Assembly (NCBI GenBank): GCA_030390025.1
Contig: CM059446.1
Span: 13,578,001-13,642,000 of the forward strand
DNA: 64,000 nt
Direction of reading: 5' to 3'
From: Squalus acanthias
Lineage: Eukaryota
The notes under the pieces were generated by a model. The model saw nothing but the letters and a program-made list of their open reading frames with translations. It did no database searches and was not told where the DNA came from. Shown piece after piece: positions 1-14,197 of the stretch (position 1 is its first letter; each line of letters begins with the position of its first letter). Both the position numbers and the translations under genes were made by a program.

Positions 1-650
1 GTCCTCCCAGGCGTATTCAGTAAGAGAAGTAACACGCCAACCTAAGAAACATCTCATGGTCGATCTGAAAAAGCTGAAATCTGCAAAATTGTGTGATTTC
101 AACAACAGCGTTCAACAGGGGAGCCCATGGAGTGAGGTCCCTTTGGGAAATAATCTACACTCTTAACTTTTCAGCATTATGTTCACCCTTCGCTATGTTA
201 TTTACATTGCTTCATTCAAATGATTGGATAATTGACTTATTTTAGCCCAATAAACCCACTTTGAGTTCTCAGGAGTCGGCTGTGTGTGAGTGGTATTGTG
301 CTTTAGTTGTAGCACAGAGTGTATGGGCACAGGTGACCCTGAGCTCAGCCCCGTCCCGAGTTCCTGATCTCAGTTGTGTCATTGTGTGGAGCGCGGGGCA
401 GGAGGGCAGACAGTTGCGTCCCTGCAGAAAGGGCAGCGATCGAAGTGAAGGACCCCTCCCATTGGAGAGCAAGTGGGTGAAAGTGGAAAAGAATTGCCTT
501 ATCTGCCCTCCCGTCCACCATTGTAAAAGACATTTTTGTTGCGGTAGTATTGTAGAACTTCAATGGACATAAAAATGTACAGAATTGTGGTAGGGTCGAG
601 AGTGTGGGGCAGAGGAGGGATTAATTTTCTGAGTTGGATGTTTCTGGTAC

Positions 651-907
651 AAAGCCCTGCCCATTGGTTGTAAGCCCCGCCCCGCCATCAGTGGCAAGCT
701 CCGCCCATGAACTGTAAGCCCCACCCATCGGCCGTAAGCCCCGCCCGTCACCAAGAAGCCCCACCCATCGCCAAGAAGCCCCGCCCACCCGTGGGAAGCC
801 CTGCCCATCCGTGGGAAGCCCCACCCATCAGTGGGAAGCCCGGCCCACCCGTGGGAAGCCCCGCCCATCAGTGGGAAGGCCCGCCATTGACAGGAAGCCC
901 CGCCCGA
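651..907 (+). repeat. 20-bp GC-rich minisatellite, about 13 units, consensus ~GTGGGAAGCCCCGCCCATCA
   Basis: 20-nt periodicity is visible directly; GTGGGAAG recurs at 791, 811, 831, 851 and 871. Confidence 0.9.
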
Positions 908-1164
908 TTGCTGTTTATATCAGAATTGTGGCCAGAGCAAACTCAGAAAATCTGCCCTCTGCTGCCATATGATTACTTCCTGTTTTTGACTGGTCGGGGC
1001 TTGCGCAGATTCCAGGTGCTCACCACTCCCTCCTCCCACCTCTACTCTGTAATTCAGGAAGCTGCCATATTGATCAGTATTTGAAGGAAACCGCACAGTG
1101 GTCACACGTTTGTGTGGACACATGGCCACCTGAAAAAGGGTTCAAGCAAACTCCCTCGATCGCT

Positions 1165-1828
1165 TAGCGGGGCAAAGACTTGGGCCCCGGTCTCGAATGG
1201 GGCGGGTTTTCTGAGCGGAGGGAGGAGTTACGGCCCCCGCTGGCAGCACACGGCTTTTTTTATCCCGACAGGTTCCCCGGCCGGAAGATTGACGGGTTTG
1301 ACTCCCTGTCAGGCAGGGAACGCTCCGGAGGAGACGCAGGCCAGGAGCAGATAGAGAGCCTGCTACTGTTGTAGAGATAGCCTGGCGGGGGGGGGCGGGG
1401 GGGGGGGGTCCGATCCTTGAGGGGGTGTCAGCGACCCTGTGAGGGGGGGTGATCTTGGCGGGGGAAGGCAGGTTTGCTTGGGGGGTGCCGGGGGGAAAGC
1501 ACTCCTGCTCCTCCTGGCCCACAAGCAGTGCTGGAAAGGCACGTACCTCTTCCACGCTGCAGTCCTCGCCTCCCTTCAGCTGCCGGGTTTCCCGAGTCCT
1601 GGGAAACACGGCCGGCCAGAGTTAAACCTGGAAGACAGATGAAATGTGAGGCAGGCAGCCTCATGATAATATTTAAATGACCAACCCGCCTCCTGGGAGC
1701 AGGTTGGCTGCCTGCTCCCCATCCCGCCTCTGTTAAAACCCAGAAGTGGACGGGTTCGAGGCAGGTTGGGTTTGGGTTTGAGATCCCAGCGGACCCAAAA
1801 CCGGATAAAAGGGGTTAAAATTCCCCTC
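1165..1828. mobile_element. GC-rich non-autonomous DNA transposon-like element (probable Harbinger-type MITE, degraded)
   Basis: Ends in GGGGTTAAAATTCCCC, resembling termini of other MITEs here; internal motifs resemble the 26106 and 32113 elements; left terminus unclear. Confidence 0.45.
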
Positions 1829-3099
1829 TTAGACTCCATAGATCAGACCTTGTGCAGCCAATGTTCCCATTAATCTGCGGGGCTGCACAGCCCTCTGGAG
1901 GGTCCCCGTGCAGGCTGCTCTGGCTTCACAACGGAAAACCCGCGCGTGCGTGGAAATTCGAGTGGGCCCCGCGCAGCCGCTTAAAGGGGCCCCGCACGCA
2001 AAAAAAAATTAGCGGGATCATTGTGCACAACTACGTCATACGCTGGAGAGTGAGCTCATGAGGGCGGAGGGGGGGGGGGATGGGTCAGAATAGGGCTCAG
2101 GCTGTGATACTCTCCGAGGTAGAGAGGCGTGAGAGCGTTACAGCCTCGAGAACGGGAGAGACGTACTGGAGGACTCCTGTCGCTCGGGGTACTGGACCCC
2201 AGGGAGAATCAGGAGCGAAGTGGAGGCAAGAGGTGGAATGTTCTGATGGAAAATGACTTGCTCTTTGTGTGCTCAGTATCATTTTCCTCCTCTCGACTGA
2301 CAGCATGGCGTGTGGCATTGAGACAGGGAGATATTTGATAGGATATGTCGGTGCCAACAATATAGCTTCCTGACCACGTCCTGACTTGGGTCCAAGCTGC
2401 AGACTGTCAGCAGATGTTTCTGCTCTCTTTTTTTTTCCCCCTCTCTCACTGGCACCAGATTCCCTCATCTTGATGGAGAAAAATTGAACAAAAATATTTT
2501 CGCAGAGTACCTAGAATGTGACCAGAAGAAGCACGAGGCGTGGTGGAGTTTGAGGAGAGTTCGATGCGCAGGTTATTTCCAAGAAGCATTTTGAGCTCAT
2601 CCTTTCCACCGACCTGTGTGTGAATCTCACTGCACGTTCAGTGCAAGCTGCTAATCATCGGTAGCCGTTGCTCCCCTCTGTGGTCACTATTGGAACTGTA
2701 GCTTGCTCACTCTCCGGGTAACTTGCTGCTTTTAAAGAAAGCGTACATATTGCAGCAGTTGTTCTGTGTCATAGAGATGGCAAATCTTAGCGTTTTGCAA
2801 TGTGCTCAACACTTTAGACTTAGAGGCGTTTTTATCAACTAATACTGAAAGAAAAATCATTATTTTTACTCACTTTTGAGCTCCATTTTAAAAAATAAAT
2901 TATTTTGCCTCTTTTCAGCTTTTCCTCCACACACCAACTGAGAGAGGGGCAGCAGATCTCCTGCCCCTGTCAATGTTCTCTTGAGCCAATTTGCTCGGAG
3001 GTTTAGTCTTGAGGAACCCAGATGATTTGCTGCCCTCCTTTGTCAGGAAGAGACTGAGCGCGACTCATATCATCCACTCACAGCCTGACTGGGATTGGG

Positions 3100-3605
3100 A
3101 GCACACCGTGTGAGGAAGAGGGAGTCCAGCACAAGGGGGCATAACCTTAAAGTTAGAGCCAGGCCGTTCAGGGGCGATGTCAGGAAGCACTTCTTCACAC
3201 ACGGGGTCGTGGGAATCTGGAAAACCCTCCCCCCGAAAAGCTGTTGACGCTGGGGGCAATGTTCCTGTTCGACTGCGCGACTGCGCGGCGGTCTGGAGGT
3301 CCCGCGCAGGCCGCTCGGCGGCTTTTAAATGGAAAAGCTTCTCATGCGCGGAAATCTGAATGGCGCAGCCCGTTAAAGGGGCCGCGCACCCGAAAAAAAA
3401 GATGAGCAGGAACATTGGCTGGGGGTCAATTGAAAATGTCAAAATTGAGATTGATAGGTTTTTGTTAGGCAAGGGTATTAAGGGTTACGGAACCAATGTG
3501 GCTAAATGGAGTTAAGATGCAGATCAGCCATGATCTAGCTGAATGGCTTTAGAGGCTCGAGGGGCTGAAGGGCCTACCCCTGTTCCTCTGTTCATATGTT
3601 CCTAA
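3100..3605 (+). mobile_element. CR1 LINE 3' fragment interrupted by a GC-rich insert (~3260-3410)
   Basis: Degenerate ORF2 C-terminus (..RKHFFT..) and the CR1 tail GGCTCGAGGGGC..GGCCTAC..CCTGTTCCT shared with 5320-5871. Confidence 0.75.
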
Positions 3606-4398
3606 GAGACGGAGCTCTGCTCACATCAGCCCCTCACAACATGACTGGGATTGGGAGCTCGCCGTGTCAGGAATAATGGTCACGCACCCTAAGTCCCCTT
3701 TCTGTTTCACAGTTCAATGCAGCTTGAATGTGCTGCACCATCTCTCGCTTCTGCTCTAAGCCGTCATCTTCCACTGGTGTCGAGGGACGCCTTTCCTCAT
3801 CGGGATAAACCATTCGTGGTCGGTGGAGGTTCTTTTTCAGAATCCAACTTTTCAATCCAACTGAAGTGGATTAGATGCTTTATTTTGTTTTGGGAAGAGC
3901 CAGTGCTGTTCATTCTCGAAAGGTCAAAGGTGAGATCCTCGAAGGACAGCAGGACTCCAGCTGTGTCCCTCTTAGGGTTTAAAATGGGTCAACCCAGTGG
4001 CTCACGGCTAGATTCAATCCCCAGTCCGGACTCTTCCATTTGGCCTCAGTGCCCTAGGTTAGGTTAAGGAAAATGGGCCAGGGTCCCACTCCTCATGCTC
4101 GACAGAAACCTGCTGGAATGGTGCATGTGTGGCTGTCATGTGATGCCTGGATCGGGCTCGGACCGTCTAAAAGACACGGTCCACACATGAATAATAATCA
4201 CTCGGTGGGATATTGGAGGGCGCCTGATCTCCATGAAACCCAGACTTGGCAAGAAGTCCATGGGCTTGGAAAGAAAAAGAATTATTACAAAAGACCCAGC
4301 TAATTTGAGCCCCTCAGTATCATGGATTCCTGGCTCCACTGGGTTAGTCACTCAGTGATCTGATCGGAACAGTTCTTTAAATACCATAAATATCATGT

Positions 4399-4850
4399 GT
4401 CAGCTGTGGCTCAGTGGGTAGCACACTCGCCTCTGAGTCAGAAGGTTGTGGGTTCATATCCCAGTCCAGAGACTTGAGCACAAAATCTAGGCAGACACAC
4501 CAGTGCAGTACTGAGGGAGCGCCGCACTGTCGGAGGTGCCGACTTTCGGATGAAATGTTAAACCGAGGCCCCGTCTGTTCTCTAAAAGATCCCATGGCGC
4601 TATTTCGAAGAAGAGCAGGGGAGTTATCCCCTCTGTCCTGGCCAATATTGATCCCTCAACCAACATCACTAAAACATCATTGTCACATTGCTGTTTGTGG
4701 GAGCTTGCTGTGCGCAAATTAGCTGCCGCATTCCCTACATTACAACAGTGACTCCATTTCAAAAGAAAAATTATTAATTGAATGTAAAGCGCAGTGGGGC
4801 ATCCTGAGGTCATAAAGGCGCTATATAAAAGCAAGTCCTTTCGCTTCTTT
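4399..4850 (+). mobile_element. Deu-domain SINE (SacSINE1/AmnSINE-like), near full length
   Basis: tRNA-like head with A box (TGGCTCAGTGG) and B-box-like GGTTCATATCC; Deu core GGATGA..GTTAAACCGAGGCCCCGTCTG; tail AAGGCGCTATATAAAAGCAAG. Confidence 0.85.
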
Positions 4851-5319
4851 AAACGTATCCTGTGAGTGCTGTTATCGTCACAATACCCAGAGATGATATT
4901 TCACACCTAATGGTTTGCACAACCCACCGTCTTCAGAATTATTTCTGGCACTTCGGCCAATAGCCGTAGATTCACTGATTATCGCATTGGGTGGTAATCG
5001 ATTACAAATGCTTTGTCACCCGTGAGAAAGTCATTAACATTTGACCAGTGTGATACCATTCCTATAACTGATAGCGATCTGTCCAGCTCCTTTCACATCT
5101 CTTTACTGTTGGTGCTTTTTCTGTTTTTATTTTTCTTCTCATCTCCGCTTAACTTGCTCAAAGTAGTTTCCTTTAACCAGAAACACACCGACACTTTTCC
5201 CACCCTCCTGGTTTCCCCTCATTCCAGTGATGAGGTCTTGATGGTCTGGGCATTGCTGCCTTTCATTTTCTCTCACTATCTGCTGACCAACAAGGGTCGT
5301 CAGTTGGAAGGAAGCAATA

Positions 5320-5871
5320 CGTTCAGTGGTTTTGGTCACCTTATCTGAGGAAGGATGTTCTTGCCATGGAAGGAGTTCAGCGAAGATTCACAAGGCTGAT
5401 ACCTGGGATGGCAGGAATGACATATGAGGAGAGATTGGGTCGATTGGGCTTATACTCGCTGGAGTATAGAAGAATGAGAGGGGATCTCATTGAAACATAT
5501 AAAATTCTGACAGGTCTGAACAAACTAGATGCAGGAAGAATGTTCCCGATGGTCGGAGAGTCCAGAACCAGGGGTCATAATCTAAGGATAAGGGGTAAGC
5601 CATTTAGGACAGAAATGAGGAAGAATTTCTTCACCCAGAGAGTGGTGAACCTGTGGAATTCTCTGCCACAGAAGGTAGTTGAGGCCAAGTCATTAAATAT
5701 ATTCAAGAATGAGTTAGATATATTTCTTAAAGCTAAAGGTATCAAGGGATATTGGGAGAAGGCAGGTACAGGGTACTGAGTTTGGATGATCAGCCATGAT
5801 CTCATCGAATGGCGGAGCAGGCTCGAGGGGCCGAATGGCCTACTCCTGCTCCTATCTTCTATGTTTCTATG
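5320..5871 (+). mobile_element. CR1 LINE, 5'-truncated (ORF2 C-terminus plus 3' UTR)
   Basis: ORF 5366-5779 reads EGVQRRFTRLIPG..RRMRGDLIETYKI..FFTQRVVNLWNSLP, typical CR1 ORF2 end; CTATGTTT repeat tail. Confidence 0.93.
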
Positions 5872-7269
5872 GTGCAAGAACAGGCTGAAACGATGGGTCT
5901 ACCTGTGGACCCTGGGAAGGAGGTAGAAGCGGGCTGTGCCAGGTTGGGAGACTATGGGGTTGAAGGCCGTGGGGTGAAGATCTCCAGAGGAGATGAGGTC
6001 AGTGACAGTCTGGGGAAAAGGCTATCTCAACCTGGGATGGGTTTGAGGGGCTTGCTCCTAACTTCTTAAGTTCTGTGCTGGTGGATCACAGATCGGCATC
6101 GAGAAGAATTCCAAACTGCGCTCTGGCCCACATTATCCGCCCTCCTGCTTAAAAGGGGGTCATGGAGCTGCCCAACTAGCTTAGTGGCTAGTGGTGCAGT
6201 CAGACGTGGTAATGAGACAGGAGGTCCCCAGTTTGTTTCCTCGTTTGCGCTGGGTCAGTTGAACTCGGCTGAAGCAACAGTCGGGGAATTGCAATTGGCC
6301 TCAGTGACCCCTTCTCTCCCCCCCCCCACTCCCCCCCTGCCCCAATGGAAAGTGTATGTGTGGACGTGTCGGCGAGGACTGAATTTAGTTTGGCCGTTAA
6401 ACACAGCATGGTTGAAGAACCTTTGCTGTCTGAGCTCACACATGAAGGACGGCCAATTTGGTGAGGTATTCCACCCTCGTGGTCTCCAGGGGGGGCACTC
6501 AATCGTGAGAATGTAAACCTGTTCTTTATAAATGCATTCAGAATTTGCTCCACACAAGGACCCTTCTCCGCCCCCAGAAGAGCAGGGAAGGATGTTGTTC
6601 AGAAATCAGGGATTGATAAAAGAAAATAAACAAACTGGCTCTCCTGCATCTTAAACGCTCAAATTAATCAATGGATTTGATTTGAACCCGAGATTTGTTT
6701 TCAGCGGTTCAGGCCTGCTCTTTGTTTTTGTACATTGCCTTAATTTTTTTGTGTGTGTGTGTGTTGTTATATATTTAAAATGACCGTAAAGTACAGCTCT
6801 TCAAATCCAGGGTGCACACACCTGTAAAATGTCAGGCAGCGAAATGCAGCACTGACAGCCCAGGCCCAGGCCCAGGCCCAGGGTGAGTAAGGGAGCAAGC
6901 GAGGCTGCGTTCTATCCAGCGTTCCTTCTGCGCCTGCCAGGGAAGGGCTGCAGCTGCTTGTAGTTTTGGCGTTCATTACAGAACAGAAACACTACACTGG
7001 CACTCCTGTATGAACAATATAAAAATGAAACGAAATGTTTAACCAGCGATATTGGAAAGGTATGAAAGGCCCAGGGGAGCTCGCTCTGAATGGGCAACAG
7101 ATGTGAATACAGATTGAAGTGCAGCGCGCTTTGTTGCAGGCCATTCTCGCGCCTCTTTACTGTGCAGGATTCGCAGGGAAAATAAAGGAGCCAGTTTGCA
7201 GCATCTCCTGAAGCCCTGTGCATTTTTCAAGATGTTTTTAAACATCGGGAGCAGAATGAGGGGAATTGA

Positions 7270-7473
<204 letters not shown>

Positions 7474-8635
7474 TAGTACTGTCTCTTCACATTAAGCCTG
7501 ATGAAACATTCATCCAACTTGTCATTCTTTTGAATAAAGAATATATCTCGAAGGAAAAACAAAAGATGGAAGATGTTACCGTGGTTTTTTTTTTGTCTAA
7601 CAGCAGGTGTCTCGCACATACTGCCGTTCTTACTGTGTGCCAGTGCTGCACTAATCCAAATGGAGTGTGAATCTGACGCTCTTCTCTTCGGCTTTAATTT
7701 AGTTAAGACCAACCGTCCACAACTTAGATATTTGGTGCATTTTTTTGAGAAGAAGATTGCTGTTCTGTGTATGGAATAATAAACAGTTCTGGGGTGAAAC
7801 CCAGATGTCTTTGTAGCTCACAAGCTGTACATAAGCAAGAGCCAAACCATCAGGACACCCTGTGCACATCTGCGATTGATCCCTCTATGCTTTCCATCGA
7901 TTTGCTTGGCACCCAGAAGGGGCTGTTTGCTGCGTTTCTTTTCCTGCAGATCTGCAACGCGACCATCGCAGTGATTTACCCGCACCGGTAGAAACCGGCG
8001 GGGCGCGAGTGCAGTTTCGCAGGTGACTCAAGATGCAGTGTTGCATCCACTTTTGCCGAAGACGCAAGGTGACAGGTTGTATCAGCTGCTGTGCAAACCT
8101 TCTTAGTGTTTAGGATGAGCAACCCTGGAACAGGAAGGGGCTAATCAAACCATATTTGCATCTATGCAGCACCTGACCATGTGATCGAAATATGTCAAAG
8201 TGCTTCATAGTGTGAATGCTGCTTGGAGTTAGGCAGGCAAACATGGTAGCCATTTTTTGTCCGTGAAGTCCCGCAAACTGCAGTGAGTTGAATGGCTGAT
8301 TTTCTCTATTGTTTTTAGTGATGTTGGTTGAGCGAAGGGATGTTGGCTCGAAAACAAGGTAAGCTCTGCTTCGAATAATGCCACGGGATCTTTAACATCT
8401 GCAATGAACCGGCAGACAGGACTTCAGTTTGATATCCCATCCAAAACGGTGGGAATTGCATCAGCAATCGACACTGCTCCTTGCATTGAAAGTGGCAATA
8501 GCTCTTTATATGATGATTGCCAGGTCGTGACTGGAAACTGCTGATATCATTAACCGTCAACATATTGCAGGACGAAGATGAATGACTTTTTATCTACTGT
8601 ATTGCAGGAATATAAAGAATGTTACTTCAGCTGGA

Positions 8636-8768
8636 GCACAAAATGGGTGGTGGCCAATTGTCCGCCCATTACGAAGTCAATGGAAAGGGAAATCAGGCGG
8701 GGTGTATAATGGGCGGACAATTTGCCGCTGCCCGTTTTGTGCCCCTGCCAGTGTTGAATTTCACCCCC
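8636..8768. mobile_element. Palindromic MITE fragment
   Basis: ~36-bp inverted arms 8636-8671 and 8707-8742; ends in GAATTTCACCCC. Confidence 0.65.
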
Positions 8769-9009
8769 AGTGCAGTACTGATGGAGTGTTGCATTGGTGC
8801 TGGTTTTCAGATGAGATGTTTAAACTGAGGCTCGGTCTGCCTGTTCAGGTGGATGGAAAAGATCCTGCGGCACTATTCAAAGAAGAGCAGGGGTGTTCTC
8901 CTGCTGCCCTGGCCAACGTTTACCCTTCAGCCAACACCACCAAAATGGTCGTCCGGCTCATGCTGGTGAGGCCTTGCTGTACGCAAGTCAGCTGCCTGCA
9001 CTTCAAAAT

Positions 9010-9650
9010 AAGCTTGGTCAAAGAGGTAGGTTTTAAGGAGCGTCTTAAAAGACGAAAGAGAGGTAGAGAGGTGGAGAGGTTTAGGGAGGGAATTCCACAG
9101 CTTAGGGCCCAGGCAACAGAAGGCACGGCCACCAAAGGTGGAGCGATTAAAAACAGGGATGCGCAAGAGGCCAGAATTGGAGGAGCGCAGGTATCTCGGA
9201 GGGTTGTAGGGCTTGAGGAGATCACAGAGATAGGGAGGGGCGAGGCCATGGAGGGATTTGAAAACAGGGATGAGAATTTTAAAATCGAGGCGTTGCTTAA
9301 CCAGGAGCCAATGTAGATCAACGAGCACAGGGGTGATGGGTGAATGGGATTTGGTGCGAGTTAGGACACAGGCAGCAGAGTTTTGGATGACCTCAAGTTT
9401 ATGGAGGGTAGAACGTGGGTGGCCGGCCAGAAGTGCATTGGAATAGACAAGTCTAGAGGTAACAAAGGCATGGATGAGGGTTTCAGCAGCAGATGAGCTG
9501 AGGCAGGGGCGGAGTCGGGCGATGTTCCGGAGGCGGTCTTAGCGATGGCACAGATATGTGGTCGGAAGCTCACCTCGGGGTCAAATATGACACCAAGATT
9601 TGAACAGTCTGGTTCAACCTCAGACAATTGCCAGGAGGAGGGGTGGAGTT
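9010..9650 (-). mobile_element. L2 LINE ORF2 3' fragment
   Basis: Minus-strand ORF reads LHWLLVKQRLDFKIL..GLAPPYL..LRS..GGRAF..PKLWNSLP..FKTLLKTYLF, the L2 C-terminal signature. Confidence 0.9.
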
Positions 9651-10661
9651 TGTGGCGGTTATGCTGATGGGGTTAGATGAAGTCGAGTGGGAGGAGGCTC
9701 GAGTGGAGCATAAACACCGGCACAGACCAGTCGGGCTGAATGGCCTGTTTCTGTGCGGTAAATTCTGTGCAATTCTTTAAAGATCTGAATGGGGCAGTAA
9801 TGTAACCACACCAGTAAAATAACACTGAGGACCAAATGTCCCACCACAAGGACACTTTCAAAACTCTGACAGAACCCTGCCCAAAATAATCCGCAGCCCC
9901 AAAAAATATATGTATTTGGAAGGATGTTACTGGAATATCACTAAGTTGTGAACTGTTGGAAGAACTTAGTAGCTGTTGTGCAGGTTCAGTTGAAGGATTC
10001 TACATTTATCAAACTGCCCTCATCTTGTAGCCGTGACAGAAATTGAATTCCATGTAAAAATAAAAAATAAGCAGTGATGTTAAAAAGCTAAGCTACACAT
10101 ATGTTACTTAACTAGACCATGATGCATTTATAATGACTCTTGTACACCTCTGATTCATGTGATACTCTGCTGTGTTTATAAGCAGTAAAGGATGGTTCTT
10201 TTGTACGCAGTCTCTAACAAACAGCAGTCTGCTGCTGGGGGCATTTTTGTTATGCAGCTTTCGAGATATTCAGCTGGCAGTATATCAGGTTTCCAATGTG
10301 AAACTCAGGCCACCAGTTTGAAGTACTGTCCTGGGGAAGTGAAGCAGGAGTTTCAGTTTAATACAAGTTGATGCGTCCCTAATAAAATCATTGCATGTGT
10401 TATTGCTCTTTAATCTATGTGCATTGCACCGCTGGGTCTCGCACAGTGCCTGCATTCCCAAACATAATATGAAGTGGATAAACCCTTTCTACTACAGAAT
10501 ACCAGCACTTCAGGCTGGCAGTGATTTGCAAGGCTTGTCATTAAATGTTAATGATCACTTAACTAATGTTGAAGTTCACAGGTTTATACCAACCTGTTTG
10601 CAGTTACTTTAAGGTAGAAATTCAGACTGCCAAATGTTTCTGCATGTGGAAAATAGCAAAG

Positions 10662-11596
10662 GTGTCAGCCTTGGCTCAGTGGCTAGCACTCTCGCCTCTG
10701 AGTCAGAAGGTTGTGGGTTCAAGCCCCGCTCCATGAGACTTGAGCACATAAAGCTCGGCCGAGTGCAGTGCTGAGGGAGTGCTGCACTGTCGAAGGGGCC
10801 ATCTTTCGGATGAGACGTTAAACCGAGGCCAGGTCTGCCCTCTCAGGTGGATGTAAAAGTACCCATGACACTATTCAAAGAAGAGAAGGGGAGTTCTCCC
10901 CGGTGTCTTGGCCAATATTTATCCCTCAACCAACATCAGTAAAAAACAGATGATCTGGTTATTATCTCATTACTGTTTGTAGGACTGTGTGAATATTGGC
11001 TGCTGCATTTCCTACATTACAACAGTGAGAACATAAGAAATAGGAGCAGGAGTAGGCCATTCGGTCCCTCGAGCCTGCCCCGCCATTCAATAAGATCATG
11101 GCTGATCTGATCTTGGCCTCAACTCCACTTTCCCACCCGCTTCCCATAACCCTTGACTCCCCTGTAGCTCAAATATCTGTCTATCTCAGCCTTGAATATA
11201 TTCAGTGACTCAGCCTCCACAGCTCTCTGGGGTAGAGAATTCCAAAGATTCACGAACTTCTGAGAGAAGAAATTCCTCCTCATCTCCGTTTTAAATGGGC
11301 GACCCCTTATCCTGAAACTATGCCCCCTAGTTCTAGATTCCCCCACGAGGGGAAACATCCTCTCAGCATCTACCTTGTCGAGCCCCCTCAGAATCTTATA
11401 TGTTTCAATAAGATCACCTCTCATTCTTCTAAACTCCAATGAGTATAGGCCCAACCTGCTCAACCTTTCCTCATAAAACAACCCCTTCATCTCCGGAATT
11501 AACCTAATAACCGCACTTCGAAAGTACATCATTGGCTGTAAAGTGCTTTGGGACGGCCTGAGGTCGTGGAAGGCGCTATATAAATGCAAGCCTTTT
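10662..11596 (+). mobile_element. Deu-domain SINE split by a CR1 insertion
   Basis: SINE head and core at 10662-11028; SINE tail resumes at 11511 (CCGCACTTCGAAAGTAC...GGCGCTATATAAATGCAAG). Confidence 0.85.
11029..11510 (-). mobile_element. CR1 LINE 3' fragment nested in a SINE
   Basis: Minus ORF reads RLIPEMKGLFYEERLSRLGLYSLEFRRMRGDLIETYK..WNSLP. Confidence 0.92.
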
Positions 11597-12815
11597 TGTT
11601 AAAGTTACTTTGGGTCATAATAATGTTACTTCACAAATTCAAGAGTACAGTGGGGGAGCTGAAAGCGCTAATAGAGCCAATTATTTGGGGTAAAGTTGTG
11701 CTTCATATTCCAATCAGTTGCATGGCAAAATCCATTAGCACTATACTTTGCACTTGGACCAGACCTTCTCCTCCAGATGAATATAAGGATAGCAGCTCCT
11801 GCAGGTTAAGACACTACAAGTGGCGAAACATGACAGAAATTCGCAGCGGTTGTATCTTGGAGAGTGAACAGCCAAGATATTGAAGGCTTCAATTCTACAC
11901 GCAATGTGGGACTGGAAAACTGGCATGAAGTGGGGAATGAAGAGAGTGGAGACAAATAAGAAAAAGAAACCCCTTCAGGTACGGTAGATTACATGTACTT
12001 TCAATCGACACATCAGTGTGTAGTATTTATAGATAAATGGGAAAAGTGAAAAAGAGACGAAATGTGAGCTTTTCCGTGCAACATTTGAATTTCTGGTCAC
12101 AAATGGAATATATGTCAAAGAAAACGTAATTGTAAAGCAGGCTCCAGTAATCTATGATAATTTACCTTGATCTGTGTTTTAAAAAGATCTCTTTGTTCTA
12201 TTCACAGATCTACAAATTACCGTGCATCAGAAGGATCAGGCACTTTAAGGATCCTTTAAAGAGTGGTACTCTGGATTGGGGCCACCTTGACCACAGAAGA
12301 ACTGGATGCTGGTCCCAGAACTCCTGAGGACATCTCAGAGTCATGTGCAGAAGTGTTGCTGGTTTTGCATCACGTTTTAGTAAAGCACATGTATTCTCTC
12401 CTCCAGCAGTCTCGGGGATGGTGGTGGAGATGTCAAAGGACCAGCATCTGTCCCATGTGGCAGACGTATTTCCTGATCTGTTGTTGCATACCCTTGTGTA
12501 GAGTGCAACATCTTTTTTCCGGATTCTCCGCCCGATATTGCCACAGTGTGAATCGGGAAGCCCATTTGGGGCGGGCAACTTCAGATGAATGAGTTCCGGA
12601 CCTCAAAATGGCTCCGTCCTCTTCACCCTCCCCCCCCCCCCCCCCCCCCCCCCCGCCCCCTGAACAGGCGGACAGGCCGTGCGTTCCAGAGGTTAACCTC
12701 GACCTCGAGGAGTTTTCCTGCAGTACAGGCCGAGGAGCCGGAAACCACAAAACTGGGATACTACAGCGCCACCACTGGTGGAAGGTTGATAAATACATGC
12801 AGATTTTTAATATTA

Positions 12816-13550
12816 GGCCCGGAATTTACGGGGCCTATGATGAAGTGCTGTGAAAGGCCCCACAAGGTCCGGGTTTCCGTGTGCGCTGCGCATGCACGAA
12901 AACCCTGAACTTGCGATCTGTCAAGTTGCTCCTCGACAGATCCACCGCATCCGCTGTAAATTCACTTTCGCTGGTGCAGTGTTGGGCCCAACTACAGCCC
13001 AGCGGATACCCACCAAACCCTTACGCCTGGTAAATGCAGGCGTAGGGCCGTCTTATACCGGCGTAAGGGTTAAAATAAATGTTAAAATAACATTTTTTTA
13101 ATGAGTTTCACCTTCACTTACATTTAAAATTAGGTTAGGTAAATTTTGTCCCGTTTAAAAATGTTTACATTTATTTTTCAAAAAATTCAATTTTTAGTTT
13201 AAATGTTTTATTAAAGGGTATTTTAATTAATTTTGAACCTGTGATCGCTTATTTTTATTTCAGTGGTGTGAAATTTTATTTATTAGGGGATTTCTATTCA
13301 TGCTTATGGGGGATTCCGGACATAAGCGGAATCACCGTAAGCATCACAGGAATCCCGCTTTGTCATTGGTTGGCCTGGCCCAGGTGATCCCAGGGACGCT
13401 TGCGAAACGCCTGCGCCCCTGGGATCCGTGGGCCTTTACGCCGCCGTATGCCCGCAGGCCCAGGACCGCAAGAGTCCGAAGATACGGAGGCACCAGGTAA
13501 GTACGGAGTTTTCTTTCGGTTCGGAGGCATACGCAGGCAATTTCCAGGCC
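12816..13550. mobile_element. Harbinger-type MITE
   Basis: Imperfect TIRs GGCCCGGAATTT / AATTTCCAGGCC; ATTA on both flanks; AT-rich core between GC-rich arms. Confidence 0.7.
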
Positions 13551-14197
13551 ATTATGTAGATGTAAGAGATAAAGCTGGACATTTCATGTCAGTTCTGACT
13601 CATAGTTAGTTCAGTCAGTTCTTCCTTCATGCTTTGTTTCCACCACCCTTCCCCCTTTCATTATATCCTTACATTTTTAGTGATTTCTTTGTTTAAACTT
13701 TCTTTTTTTAAACCTCCCTCGACGCACTCCTGTCACCAAGGCACTGACTCACGTTTGGGGCGTGGTGCTGACTGCCCTCTGCTACCTTATTCAAATGATG
13801 ATTTTTCATGCGTGAGCATAGATAGTGAGTGTCAGCGATCTGTTCAATTGTGCCAATCGATGAGCCTGACCACCTTCTCAGCCGATGTCTACATTGCACG
13901 TTTCGGACTGGAGAGCATTCCCCCCTCCCCACCCCCACACTGCTGTTTCTATGATGGTATCAGATAAGACAACACAGACCCTGGAGCCTACTTGGCCGGG
14001 GTGGCTCGGCTATGCTCTGTGTGGTGCAGAGATGTGGTGAGCTGTTGGAGGGAGACCCGTAAATGGGTCTCAACGTTGTCCAAAGTTGGTTTGGTTTCTG
14101 CCGAACCTGCGTGGGGTAGTAATAGTTGCATAGCATTTATTTTGAAAACTATCCTACACTAACTATACGGAAACCTTCCTCTGTATGCTATGTGTAA

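Noticed and set aside
6859-6888. (CCCAGG)4 followed by GTGAGT as a cryptic exon end
   Set aside because: No convincing upstream acceptor and no KCNMA1-like peptide
10662-10735. tRNA gene
   Set aside because: tRNA-derived SINE head running directly into the Deu core; same at 4399 and 34218
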